The translations under genes and the position numbers were made by a program. 64,000 nucleotides of DNA from Gemmatimonadota bacterium (lineage in GTDB: Bacteria; Gemmatimonadota; Gemmatimonadetes; Palauibacterales; Palauibacteraceae), in contig OY762926.1 of the NCBI GenBank assembly GCA_963666735.1, positions 3,648,001-3,712,000 on the forward strand. Direction: 5' to 3'. The notes below the pieces were generated by a model, which was not told the origin of the DNA, ran no database searches, and saw only the letters and a program-made list of their open reading frames with translations. Shown one piece after another: positions 13,500 through 22,898 of the stretch. Within the stretch, counting starts at the first letter, position 1; each line of letters begins with the position of its first letter.

Positions 13500-13814
13500 A
13501 TGGCGGGCCGGAAGGGGCGGTATCCATCCGAGTACAGGGAGCGGCTGGTGGAACTGGTGAGGGGCGGGCGTAGTGCCGCGTCACTCGCCCGGAAGTTCGA
13601 GCCGTCGGAGCAGACGATCCGGAACTGGGTCCGGCAGGCGGATGTGGACGAGGGGTTCCGTAGCGACGGGCTGACAACGGAGGCGCGCAGCGAGTTGCGG
13701 CGCCTGGAGCGGGAGAACAAGCGGCTCAGGATGGAGCGCGACATCCTAAAAAAAGCCGCGGCCTGGTTCGCGAGGGAGAGCGGATCGATCCCCGGCGGGG
13801 GTATGCGTTCATGA
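13500..13814 (+). CDS. IS3 OrfA (HTH)
   Basis: RYPSEYRERLVELV...SEQTIRNWVRQ...ERDILKKAAAWFA; A7G slippery site at 13748-13755 for -1 frameshift. Confidence 0.92.
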   Translation: MAGRKGRYPSEYRERLVELVRGGRSAASLARKFEPSEQTIRNWVRQADVDEGFRSDGLTTEARSELRRLERENKRLRMERDILKKAAAWFARESGSIPGGGMRS

Positions 13815-14659
13815 GGGCGCACCGGGCCGAGTTCCCGCTTCGGGCCATGTGCCGGGTGCTGGGTCTCTCCCCCAGCGGCTACTACGACTGGTTGAGGCGT
13901 CCTCCCTCGGACCGCGCGCGTCGGGACGCGGAACTGGAGGCCCGGATCGCGAAGATATGGACCGGCAGCGGCGAGACGTACGGCCGTCCGCGGATCCACG
14001 CGGCGCTCAGGGCCGAGGGCGAGCGGGTGGGGCAGAAGCGCGTGGGGCGGCTGATGAGGGGGCTGGAGATCGAGGGCGCGACCAGGCGGCGCTTCAAGAC
14101 GGCGACGACGAAGAGGGATACCGAGGCCCGCCCCGCGCCGGACCTGGTGGACCGTGACTTCTCGGCCTCGGGGCCCGACGAGCTGTGGGTGGCCGACATC
14201 ACCTACGTCCCCACGTGGGCTGGCTGGCTGTATCTGGCCGTCGTGCTCGACGTCTGGAGCCGCCGCGTCGTCGGCTGGGCCATGGCGACGCACATGCGGA
14301 CCGAGCTCGTCGAGACCGCGCTGGCGATGGCTCTCGCAAGGCGTCGTCCCGAGGGTCGTGTCGTGCATCATTCCGACAGGGGCTCGCAGTACACCTCGCT
14401 CGCCTTCGGGGAGCGCTGCCGCGAGTCGGGCATCGCCCAGTCCATGGGCTCGGCGGGCGATGCGTACGACAACGCCATGTGCGAGAGCTTCTTCGCCACC
14501 CTCGAGTGCGAGCTGATCTGGAAGCGCTCGTTCCGCACGGCGGATGAGGCGCGACGGGAGGTCTTCGGCTTCATCGAGGGCTTCTACAACACCCGGCGGC
14601 TGCACTCGGCACTCGGCTACGAGTCGCCGGCCGACTACGAGAGCAACCATGCGGCCTGA
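13811..14659 (+). CDS. IS3 OrfB (rve integrase domain)
   Basis: WVADITY, HHSDRGSQY, DNAMCESFF, YNTRRLHSALGY. Confidence 0.93.
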   Translation: MRAHRAEFPLRAMCRVLGLSPSGYYDWLRRPPSDRARRDAELEARIAKIWTGSGETYGRPRIHAALRAEGERVGQKRVGRLMRGLEIEGATRRRFKTATTKRDTEARPAPDLVDRDFSASGPDELWVADITYVPTWAGWLYLAVVLDVWSRRVVGWAMATHMRTELVETALAMALARRRPEGRVVHHSDRGSQYTSLAFGERCRESGIAQSMGSAGDAYDNAMCESFFATLECELIWKRSFRTADEARREVFGFIEGFYNTRRLHSALGYESPADYESNHAA

Positions 14660-14778
14660 GGCGCACCCGCGGCGCGCACCGACATCCTCTCCCGAGCGCC
14701 TGAGGGAGGCTGAAAGGAGAAGAACCGGAGGCGATCAACCACAGAAACTAACCGTCCGTGAAAGCGGGACAGCTCCAA

Positions 14779-14823
14779 GCTTAACGATGGGACCGAACGG
14801 AACGACATCGTGTCAACACCCTG
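14779..14823 (-). promoter_or_regulatory. Conserved leader motif copy A (CAGGG-nn-TTGACACGATG-N15-CCATCGTTAAGC), cut off from its GAGCC repeat by IS3
   Basis: Direct match to 59714-59759; two repeat units GGCTCGGCTC lie on the other side of the IS at 13427-13436. Confidence 0.65.
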
Positions 14824-14929
14824 TACGATGGTTTGTTCTCGGGCATGCCTGCCTCAGCGATCAAAGATAATCGAAACACCTCCATCCAAACAGAGTCTTG
14901 TCCAATGACAAGTGAGCCCGAGCAGGGAT

Positions 14930-15035
14930 TCGGTCTCCAACGAGATGAGCCCGAAGCGTGGGGCGAAGAGATCATTGGAGCATGATCGTGACACTTCGCA
15001 CCGAACGGATTCAGACGCTCGACCAGATGCGCGCC
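14930..15035 (+). pseudogene. Left end and first ~18 codons of an ISNCY/integrase-type transposase
   Basis: GGAG-C-ATG 14982 gives MIVTLRTERIQTLDQMRA, recalled as the N-terminus of this family; end-like TCCAACGAGATGAGCC upstream. Confidence 0.5.
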
Positions 15036-15219
15036 TCCCGCTTTCGCGGCACGATCCAGCCAAGTCCAGCATAACGGACGAAAACGCAGATCGTGCAGTC
15101 CTGTTTGACTTTATACGATCCCCTGCCGAGAATCTGACCTTACGAGTTCCGCCGGGCCGGCGGGCGGCTACTGCTGTTCCGCGCAAGCCGGATCCGGCCA
15201 GGGAGGAAGGGAGGCAGGG

Positions 15220-15822
15220 ATGGGTGACCGAAAGCATGTGATCGCAGTGGTCCTCGCCGGCGCGCTCGCGGCCGGCTGCAGCGAGGGAACGACGGAGCCG
15301 ACCACCACGGCGGAGCCGCTTTCAGCGGCCGAGTCCATGGCGCTGTTCGAGGGGATGAGAGCGATTCAGCTGGATTCGACTTCCACGATCATCGGCGGCT
15401 CCGAGAGCAGCATCGTGTTCTCGTGTCCGCTCGGGGGACAGGTGAGCGTTGCGGGGACGTCCGTGGACGAGGCGATTGGGGACACCCTGAGGCTGGTGTC
15501 CGAGTTCACGGCCACCCCCGCCGGATGCGAGTTCTCGATCGACGGATTGCAGTTCGCCGTGGATGGCGCCCCGGATGTGCGCGAACGGACTGTCCTCGTC
15601 ATCGCCGGATTCCTTGAGCATTTCAGCCTCGAGGGCACGGTGGCGGGTCGGCTGGACTGGCGGCTCGACGACCGGTCCGGGTCGTGCGACATCGATCTTG
15701 TGCTGCGCGGGGAGCCCGACCTCTCCTCCATGGAACCGTCCGTGACCGGAACCCTGTCCGGCACGTTGTGCGACCACGAGGTCGAAATCGACGCGCAGGA
15801 CATTCCCGGCCCATCCGGCTGA
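15220..15822 (+). CDS. Hypothetical lipoprotein
   Basis: Lipobox (ALAAG-C); GGAGG upstream; several Cys in a beta-rich mature part. Confidence 0.75.
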   Translation: MGDRKHVIAVVLAGALAAGCSEGTTEPTTTAEPLSAAESMALFEGMRAIQLDSTSTIIGGSESSIVFSCPLGGQVSVAGTSVDEAIGDTLRLVSEFTATPAGCEFSIDGLQFAVDGAPDVRERTVLVIAGFLEHFSLEGTVAGRLDWRLDDRSGSCDIDLVLRGEPDLSSMEPSVTGTLSGTLCDHEVEIDAQDIPGPSG

Positions 15823-15901
15823 GCGACACCGGATCCGGTCTAGCGCCGACAGCCCCTCTTGAGCGGGTTGCCGGCGCAGCGCTTGCCGCCAGGCCCTTCT
15901 G

Positions 15902-17902
15902 CTAGACGACCTCGGCTCCGGCGCTCGCCGAGCGGACACCCGCGCGGGGCTCCGTGAACGGTTCGGGCGGGGGAGCGTCGGGGCCGCCATCCGATGGCAG
16001 ATCCGGCACCTCGCCCTTCCAGGCTTCGAGCGCGGCCTTCTGGAGGCCGACGATGTCACGTTCCATCCACTCGAAGCTGCCGGCCATGATGTCCTGGGCG
16101 ATGCGGTAGTCCGCCACGTCGTGGTTCGAGCGGATGCGGCGGAAGAGTTCGCCCACGCGGCGGCGTGACTCGGCCGCGAACGAATCGGCGAGGCGCGCGG
16201 CCTCCCGCGCCTCATCGCGGGCTCCCTCACCCTCCCGGCGCCGCAGCATGTCGGCACGCGTGACCGCGGCCGCGATCGCGAACAGTTCCGCGCCGATGTC
16301 GATGCAGCGGAAGAGCAGACCCTGGCGCCGCTCGAGCTTCGGGCCGTGGCGGAGCATGAGATGGAAGATCGTCCGCGCCAGCTTGCGGCTGTTGCGCTCG
16401 ACGAAACGCAGATGCTTCGCGAGGCGTCCGTGGCTCCCGAAGCGCGGCGGCAGGCTCCAGCCGGTCCACGTCGTCGGATACCAGGTGGCGTAGAACCACG
16501 CCGCCCGCGGGAGGGCCTTGAGCTTCGCGCCGAGGCCGAGCCGGGGGTCGACGAGGTCGCCCGCGATCTGGAGGTGCCGGTCCACGGCTTCGCGGGCCAT
16601 GAACAGGCGCAGGATCTCGCTCGACCCCTCGAAGATCCGGTTGATGCGGAAGTCGCGCAGCCAGCGTTCGACCGCGACGGGTTCTTCGCCTCGCGCCGTG
16701 AGCGAGTCCGCCGTCTCGTAGCCTCGTCCGCCCCGGACCTGCAACGCGTCGTCCACGAGTTGCCAGCCCGTCTCGGTGTTCCAGAGCTTCGCCATCGCGG
16801 CTTCGAGCCGGATGTCGTACCCGCCCCGGTCCGCCATCGACTGCGTGAGGTCGGCGATCGCGGACATGGCGTAGGTCCGCGTCGCGATCGAGGTCAGGTA
16901 GTGCGCGATCGTCTCGTGCTTTCCAACCGGCACGCCCCACTGGATCCGCTCCGCGCACCAGCGCCGGCACGCCTCGAGCGCGGCCTGGGCCCCGCCCACC
17001 GAGGACGCGGGGATCGTGAGCCGCCCCGTGTTCAGCGTCATGAGCGCGAGTTTGAGGCCGCTCCCTTCCTTCCAGAGAAGATTCTCCGCCGGAACGCGGA
17101 CGTTCCTGAAGCGGATGATCCCGTTCTCCAGCGCCTTGAGTCCCATGAAATGGCAGCGCCGCACGATCTCGACGCCCGGCCAGTCGCGCTCGACGATGAA
17201 GGCGGAGATGCGGCCCGTGTCGGGATGGCGGGCCATCACGACGTATAGTTCGGCCAGGGTGCCGTTCGTGCACCACAGCTTCTCGCCATTGAGGATGAAG
17301 GCGGACCCGTCTTCCGTGCGCTCGGCAGCGGTCGTGAGGCGGGCGGGGTCCGAACCCACGTCGTTCTCGGTGAGCGCGAAGGCGCTGACGGCGCCCTTCG
17401 CCAATCGGGGGAAGTACGCCTCTTTCTGTGCCTCGGTACCGAACATCTTGAGCGGCTGCCCCACGCCGATCGACTGATGGGCCGAGAGGAGGGCGACGAC
17501 GTTGCCATCCACGGAACCCACGACCCGCATCGCGTTGGCGTACTCCGTCTGGTTGAAGCCCAGTCCGCCGTACTTCTCCGGCACCTTGATGCCGAAGGCG
17601 CCGCGCTCGGCGAGCGCCCGCACGACCTCCGGCGGGATCTTTCCGTCCCGGTCGATGCCGTCCGAGTCCACCTCGTCCCGCAGGAAGACGCGCAGGTCCC
17701 CGGTCCACGCGCGGGCGCGCTCGGAGATGAAGTCGTGCGGGTCGGGATAGGGGTGAATCGCGTCGAGGCGGAGTTTCCCGAGAAAGAGGTTCCGGACGAA
17801 GGTGCGCCCCCTCCAGTCCGTCTCGCGCGCGGCCTCGGCGACCTTCCGGGCCTCGGCTTCGCTGACGTGGGGTTCTGCGCTCGCGTCTGTATGTGCGGAC
17901 AT
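15902..17902 (-). CDS. Acyl-CoA dehydrogenase (VLCAD/ACAD9-like)
   Basis: [44 protein letters not shown]. Confidence 0.92.
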   Translation of the reverse strand: MSAHTDASAEPHVSEAEARKVAEAARETDWRGRTFVRNLFLGKLRLDAIHPYPDPHDFISERARAWTGDLRVFLRDEVDSDGIDRDGKIPPEVVRALAERGAFGIKVPEKYGGLGFNQTEYANAMRVVGSVDGNVVALLSAHQSIGVGQPLKMFGTEAQKEAYFPRLAKGAVSAFALTENDVGSDPARLTTAAERTEDGSAFILNGEKLWCTNGTLAELYVVMARHPDTGRISAFIVERDWPGVEIVRRCHFMGLKALENGIIRFRNVRVPAENLLWKEGSGLKLALMTLNTGRLTIPASSVGGAQAALEACRRWCAERIQWGVPVGKHETIAHYLTSIATRTYAMSAIADLTQSMADRGGYDIRLEAAMAKLWNTETGWQLVDDALQVRGGRGYETADSLTARGEEPVAVERWLRDFRINRIFEGSSEILRLFMAREAVDRHLQIAGDLVDPRLGLGAKLKALPRAAWFYATWYPTTWTGWSLPPRFGSHGRLAKHLRFVERNSRKLARTIFHLMLRHGPKLERRQGLLFRCIDIGAELFAIAAAVTRADMLRRREGEGARDEAREAARLADSFAAESRRRVGELFRRIRSNHDVADYRIAQDIMAGSFEWMERDIVGLQKAALEAWKGEVPDLPSDGGPDAPPPEPFTEPRAGVRSASAGAEVV

Positions 17903-18127
17903 GCGGATCTTCCGTCTCTCGTGCCTCATTCGGTGACTCCGCCCCGGCGGGCGGCACCCTCGCAAACCTACCCCGCGCCATGCGTTCGCGACAAACCCGC
18001 GGGGTCACGCTTGCGCCGGCGGGAGAGGCGGGCGCGCGTGACCGGACGGGTCGCGTCATGTGGACCTCCCGTGATACCCTTGAGCCCCCGAAACGGCCCC
18101 CCGGCCAGATTCGAAAGGCCGCCGCGA

Positions 18128-19423
18128 GTGAACTCGACGCCTCGGAACCCCACCCTCGCGCGCCGGGAGATCGTCTCCTGGGCGCTGTACGACTTCGCCC
18201 ACTCGGCGTTCGGGACCATCGTCGTGACGTTCATCTTCTCCGCCTACTTCGCTCGCTCGATCGCGCCCGACCCGGTGCTGGGGGGTGTCTGGTGGACGCG
18301 CGCGGTCACCGTCTCCGCGATCACGACCGCGCTCATCATGCCGGTCGTCGGCGCGATGGGAGACTTCGGCGGCCTCAAGAAGCGGTTTCTGCTCATCGCA
18401 ACGGCGATCTGCGTCGCCCTGACCGCGGGCCTCTTCCGCATGGGGCCGGGCGATGCGTGGATCGCCGCGCTCGTGTTCATCGGGGCCAGCGTCGCCTACG
18501 AGTCGATGCAGTCGCTCGCCAACGCGTTCCTCCCCGAGATTTGCACGAGAGAGAACATGGGACGGATCTCCGGGCTGGGCTGGGGTCTCGGGTACTTCGG
18601 CGGCCTCCTCTGTCTGGCTCTGGCTCTGGGAATGGTCAGCGCCTGGCTGCCGGCCGATGGGGGGCTGAACGTGCGGGCCACGAACCTCCTCGCCGCCGGT
18701 TGGCTCCTCGTGTTCTCGATACCGACCTTTCTCTTCCTTCGCGAGCGGCAGCCCCGCCGCCGCGCGTCGCTTGGTACCTACGTGCGCGTGGGCTTCGGCC
18801 GCATCGCGGACACCGCCCGGAATCTGAGCCGCTACCGCCAGGCCGTCCGCCTTCTCGTCGCGCGCCTCGTCTACAACGACGGGCTCGCGACCGCCTTCGC
18901 CATGGCGGCGATCTTCGCCGGGGCCGAGTTCGGAATGGAAACGGCCGACCTCCTCATCCTCGGCATCGTCGTGAACGCGACGGCCGGCGCGAGCGCGATC
19001 GGTTTCGGGTTCGTGCAGGACCGGATCGGCGGCAAGCGAACGATCGCGGTCACGCTCGTGCTGCTGATGGTGGCGATCGCCATGGCATGGCTCGCTCGGG
19101 ATCTACCGATGTTCTGGGCCGCGGCCATACTTCTGGGGCTGATGGTCGGGCCGAACCAGGCGGGGAGCCGTGCCCTGCTCGGTTCGTTCGTCCCCGAGAA
19201 CAAGCAGGGCGAACTGTTCGGCTTCTACGCCTTCTCCGGCCGGCTTTCCGCAGCGGTGGGGCCGCTCTCCTACGGGCTCATTCTGGGGGCCACGGGCAGC
19301 CACAGATGGGCCATCGCCTCCATCCTCTTGTTTTTCGCCGCGGGGTTGCTGCTCCTGCTGCGGGTGGACGAGGAGGAGGGCGTGAAGCTGGCGGCGGCGG
19401 AGGGGGCTACGCGTTCCGATTGA
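18128..19423 (+). CDS. MFS transporter, UMF1/Atg22 family
   Basis: SWALYDFAHSAF, NAFLPEI, GRISGLGWGLGYFGG, YNDG, GELFGFYA; ~12 TM; GTG start inferred. Confidence 0.88.
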   Translation: MNSTPRNPTLARREIVSWALYDFAHSAFGTIVVTFIFSAYFARSIAPDPVLGGVWWTRAVTVSAITTALIMPVVGAMGDFGGLKKRFLLIATAICVALTAGLFRMGPGDAWIAALVFIGASVAYESMQSLANAFLPEICTRENMGRISGLGWGLGYFGGLLCLALALGMVSAWLPADGGLNVRATNLLAAGWLLVFSIPTFLFLRERQPRRRASLGTYVRVGFGRIADTARNLSRYRQAVRLLVARLVYNDGLATAFAMAAIFAGAEFGMETADLLILGIVVNATAGASAIGFGFVQDRIGGKRTIAVTLVLLMVAIAMAWLARDLPMFWAAAILLGLMVGPNQAGSRALLGSFVPENKQGELFGFYAFSGRLSAAVGPLSYGLILGATGSHRWAIASILLFFAAGLLLLLRVDEEEGVKLAAAEGATRSD

Positions 19424-19607
19424 TCAACTCTCCATTCCGCGACACGATCTCGGCATCGCGGCCCGTCGTCGGACCCGAGGGTCGCGGATACGCCACCACA
19501 CGTTGATCCGAGGGCCGGTCACTCGTTGCTCGGACCCCCTGCGCGAAGCACGTCGAGTTGGGAGCGCTTGCTTCGCCCGGCGGGAGTCGAGAGCTGGGAA
19601 CCCGGAG

Positions 19608-22600
19608 CTAGCGCCAAGGTTGTCGTGCAAGCCGCTCGGCCGTCGCGAGCGCTCGGCGCAGGAGGGCTCGCTCAAGCGCAGCGGTCGGGGAGGTTGCGCC
19701 GGCGAGGGAGGCGGCGCGGGCGCGTAGCGCGGCGGCTTCGGCTGCGGCAGCCCGGGGCGCGGCTCCGTCGACGGCTTCCACCAACCCAAGCAGGAACCGG
19801 ACCAGCTGCTCGTCGGGATCGAAGGGGCGACCCTGGCCGAGCGCTTCCGGCCACAACAGCGCGTCCTTCAGATGACGGAGTGCGGTCTGGCGGTTTCCGG
19901 CCTCGAGTTCGTCCAGAGCGGCGCCGACGTGCGCGAATTCGTACAGGCGGTGGGCCTCGCCGGAGTTCTCCGAGGGAAGGACGCGGGCGTCGTCGAGGAT
20001 CCGGATCGCCTCGCCGCGGGCGCCGGTCTGGAGGAGTCCCCGCACATGGAGGAGGTCGAGGTTGAAGTCGTCCGGGAAGAGTTCCCGTCCCCGGCCGGAC
20101 ACCTCGCGCGCCTCCGCCCACCCCCCGGTTTCCTGCAGGTGCCGGACGAGGGAGACGCGGAGGAGACGGCTATCGGGATCCGTCCGGACAGCGCGCCGCA
20201 AATCGGGCCCGGGGTCGCCGCCCACGGCCTCCGTCAGGTGCGCGCGCGCCGCGTAGGCGGGGCCATGGCCGGGCTCCTCGCCGAGGGACGCCAGCACTTC
20301 GGCCGCCTCGGCGTCGCGGTCGAGCGCCCACAGGTTGAGGCCGAGCAGGTAGCGCCAAACCCAGTGCGGGTCTTCGGCGGCGGCCCAGCGCAGGACCGGC
20401 AGGGTCTCGGCGCGGTAGGGGAAGGCGAAGTCGGGATCGGCCCCCGCGCCCAGCAGGTCCGCGTCGCCCCGCAGAAAAGCGAGCCACGCCGCGGCCACGG
20501 GGCTGCCGCCCACTTCATGCGCCAACTCGAGCAGGCGGGCCGCATCGCCGGGCAGCCCCCGGTTCGCGTAGCCGACCGCGAGTTCCAGCAGCGTCTGCTC
20601 CGGATACTCGCTCCGCATCGTTTCGGTGAGGCGGGCAGCCTCGGGCCCGCCTGCCGCCTCCGCGGTGCCGGATCCCTCACCCCGCGCCGCGAGGTATCGC
20701 TCGGCCAGCGCGAAATGGTTCAGCGGGTCAAGCTCGAGCAGTTCCGCCAGCGTCCGCTCCGCGCCGGCTTCGTCCCCCTCCAGGCGCGCCGCGATTGCCA
20801 GCACCTCGCGCGCCGGGATACTCACACGATCATGGTCGAGCGCCAGCCCGGCGTGGCGGCGTGCCCCGGCCACGTCCCCCGCTTCGAGCGCCAACTCTGC
20901 CAGCCGAACGCGCGCCGCGGCCCGGAAGGCCACCGACCGGGCTGCCCAGCCGAACGAGTCGAGCGCATCCGCGCGGCGCCCCAGGGCGAGGTACAGGTTG
21001 CCGGCGAGGAAGTTGGCCTCGGGATCGTAGGTGTCGAGCTGGAGCACGCGACGCGCGTGGGCGAGTCCCACTTCGTAGCGGGCCGATCTCAGCGCCAGCG
21101 ATCCCAGGCCGAGCAGCGCCTCCCGGTTCCACGGCTCGGCCGCGACGGCCCGCTCGTAGAGCGCCCGCGCTTCGGCGTAACGCCGACCCCGTGCCAGTTC
21201 CCTCGCCTCGAACACCAGACGATCCGTCTCCGGAAGGGCCTCCCACGCCTCGGCGTTGGACCCAAACGGCCGGGACACCGAGGGCTCGCCCCGGAATCCG
21301 CACACGCCATCGAGGCCGGGTTCTTCCGCGTTGGAGCAGGCTTCCAGACCGAGTCCGGGCACCGCAACCTGCCACGGACTCTCGGGTGCGGCGTCGAACT
21401 CGACGACCACCGGGTCGAGCGCTTCCAGCACCACCGCCCGCGCGCCGACCTGTTCGCCGCCGGACCACGCCTTCACCGTGTCGGCTCCGGCCCGGAACGC
21501 CTGGACCACGACTCGCAAGCGGCCGTCCTCCTGCTCGACGTGCATGGCGCCGAGCGGCGACGCGTCGGTGAGACCGCCCGTCCCTTCCAGCGGGAACCAC
21601 CACTCGGTCCAGCGGCTGGCCGAGAGGGGATCGAACCCGCCCTGCGTGATGGGGTTGCGCTGCGCCCCGGGCGAATACTGCACGTGCAGCCGCCCCGCCT
21701 GGAACTCGACGTACTGTCCGTCGGTGTCGGTGAGCAGGTCCTCCCAGATACCCCCCGCGCGGGAGAGCGCCCACAGCCACATCTTGCGCCCGGGCATCTC
21801 TTCATGAGGGGCCCAGTGGCCCCAGCCGTAGTCGTCGTCGTGGTAGTAGCCGCCGAAGAAGTCGTTGAGCGCCCCGGCCACGTGGTAGGACTTGTGTCCG
21901 GCAAACGCGTTGTTGCGGTACAGGGGAAGGAACCTGCCCTCCTCGTCCAGGGGCCAGGAGCGCGCCTGGCCGGAGTGCTCCAGATAGGCGTTGCCGGGCA
22001 CGAACAGCTCCAGGTCGTCCTGCGCGAAGGCCGCGGCCGTCATCCAGTTGTAGTAGGGCTGCTCCAGCGGCGTCGGGTTGTACCACAGGACGCGCGTCTC
22101 GAAGGCGGCCCGGTCCGGCGGGAGGCGTATCTCCACGCGCCACGGCGTGCGCGCCGGGAGGTCGGTGGCGCCGACGATCGTGCTTACGCTGCCGTCCGCG
22201 TTTTCCCGCACCACGTAGTCGACCGGGGTGGCCGTGGCCGGCGTGTGCCCGATGACGCCGAAGTTGAACTCGAGGCCGCCCGAGGTCCATGGACCCCGCA
22301 GCGCGATGTCCCGGAACTTCATCACCTCGTTCCGATAGATGAACTCGTGGCCGGTCTCCTTCACCACGGCCCCCCACACCTTGCCGCCCACCTCGGGAAG
22401 GACGAAGACCTCGATGAGGTCGTTCTCCATCCTCACGACCTTCCATTCCCGGGGCTCCGAGGTCGCGGCGTAGCCCTCGAACGTGTGGTAGGGGTACAGC
22501 CGGCGGTCGGTGGCGAGCACCGGAACGGGATTCGGATCCGAGAACGGGTAGGTGTCGAGGACGCGCGTCTCCTCCGAGATGCGGGCCCGAGGTCCGGGGG

Positions 22601-22685
22601 CGGCGCACGAGGCGACGGACAGGGCGGCGCACAGGATGGCCGCGTTCAGACGACCGTGCCGGACGCAGAACGGCCAAGTTGACAC
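19608..22685 (-). CDS. DUF5107 + TPR lipoprotein
   Basis: TYPFSDPNP, VLPEVGGKVW, IALRGPWTSGGLEFN, PGRKMWLW, LTDTDGQYVEFQAG; helical TPR-like C-half. Confidence 0.85.
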   Translation of the reverse strand: MSTWPFCVRHGRLNAAILCAALSVASCAAPGPRARISEETRVLDTYPFSDPNPVPVLATDRRLYPYHTFEGYAATSEPREWKVVRMENDLIEVFVLPEVGGKVWGAVVKETGHEFIYRNEVMKFRDIALRGPWTSGGLEFNFGVIGHTPATATPVDYVVRENADGSVSTIVGATDLPARTPWRVEIRLPPDRAAFETRVLWYNPTPLEQPYYNWMTAAAFAQDDLELFVPGNAYLEHSGQARSWPLDEEGRFLPLYRNNAFAGHKSYHVAGALNDFFGGYYHDDDYGWGHWAPHEEMPGRKMWLWALSRAGGIWEDLLTDTDGQYVEFQAGRLHVQYSPGAQRNPITQGGFDPLSASRWTEWWFPLEGTGGLTDASPLGAMHVEQEDGRLRVVVQAFRAGADTVKAWSGGEQVGARAVVLEALDPVVVEFDAAPESPWQVAVPGLGLEACSNAEEPGLDGVCGFRGEPSVSRPFGSNAEAWEALPETDRLVFEARELARGRRYAEARALYERAVAAEPWNREALLGLGSLALRSARYEVGLAHARRVLQLDTYDPEANFLAGNLYLALGRRADALDSFGWAARSVAFRAAARVRLAELALEAGDVAGARRHAGLALDHDRVSIPAREVLAIAARLEGDEAGAERTLAELLELDPLNHFALAERYLAARGEGSGTAEAAGGPEAARLTETMRSEYPEQTLLELAVGYANRGLPGDAARLLELAHEVGGSPVAAAWLAFLRGDADLLGAGADPDFAFPYRAETLPVLRWAAAEDPHWVWRYLLGLNLWALDRDAEAAEVLASLGEEPGHGPAYAARAHLTEAVGGDPGPDLRRAVRTDPDSRLLRVSLVRHLQETGGWAEAREVSGRGRELFPDDFNLDLLHVRGLLQTGARGEAIRILDDARVLPSENSGEAHRLYEFAHVGAALDELEAGNRQTALRHLKDALLWPEALGQGRPFDPDEQLVRFLLGLVEAVDGAAPRAAAAEAAALRARAASLAGATSPTAALERALLRRALATAERLARQPWR

Positions 22686-22702
22686 ATAACCCCGGATCGT
22701 GG

Positions 22703-22864
22703 TCAGCCCGCCACCGCCTCAAGAAGCATGGCGATCACTTCCTTGAGATTCCGATCGAGTCTCCCGAGGGGTCGCCCTGGCTGTGCGCACCCTGGACCGG
22801 GCACGCAGCCCACGTACAGGCCCGTGTAGGGGCGGCGCTGCAAGACGGCAATGTAGGTTTGCAT
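22703..22864 (-). pseudogene. Degenerate HicB-like antitoxin
   Basis: YIAVLQRRPYTGLYVGCVPG...LDRNLKEVIAMLLE; central motif scrambled; no hicA partner. Confidence 0.6.
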
Positions 22865-22898
22865 CGGCAAGATCCTCTCCTGGTCCGTCCCCACCATT

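Larger units (their letters stand above)
13442..14777 (+). mobile_element. IS3-family insertion sequence, complete
   Basis: TG...CA ends; TIRs TGGAGTTGCCCCGCTTTGACGGAC and GTCCGTGAAAGCGGGACAGCTCCA (21/24); AGCT duplicated at 13438-13441 and 14778-14781. Confidence 0.93.
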
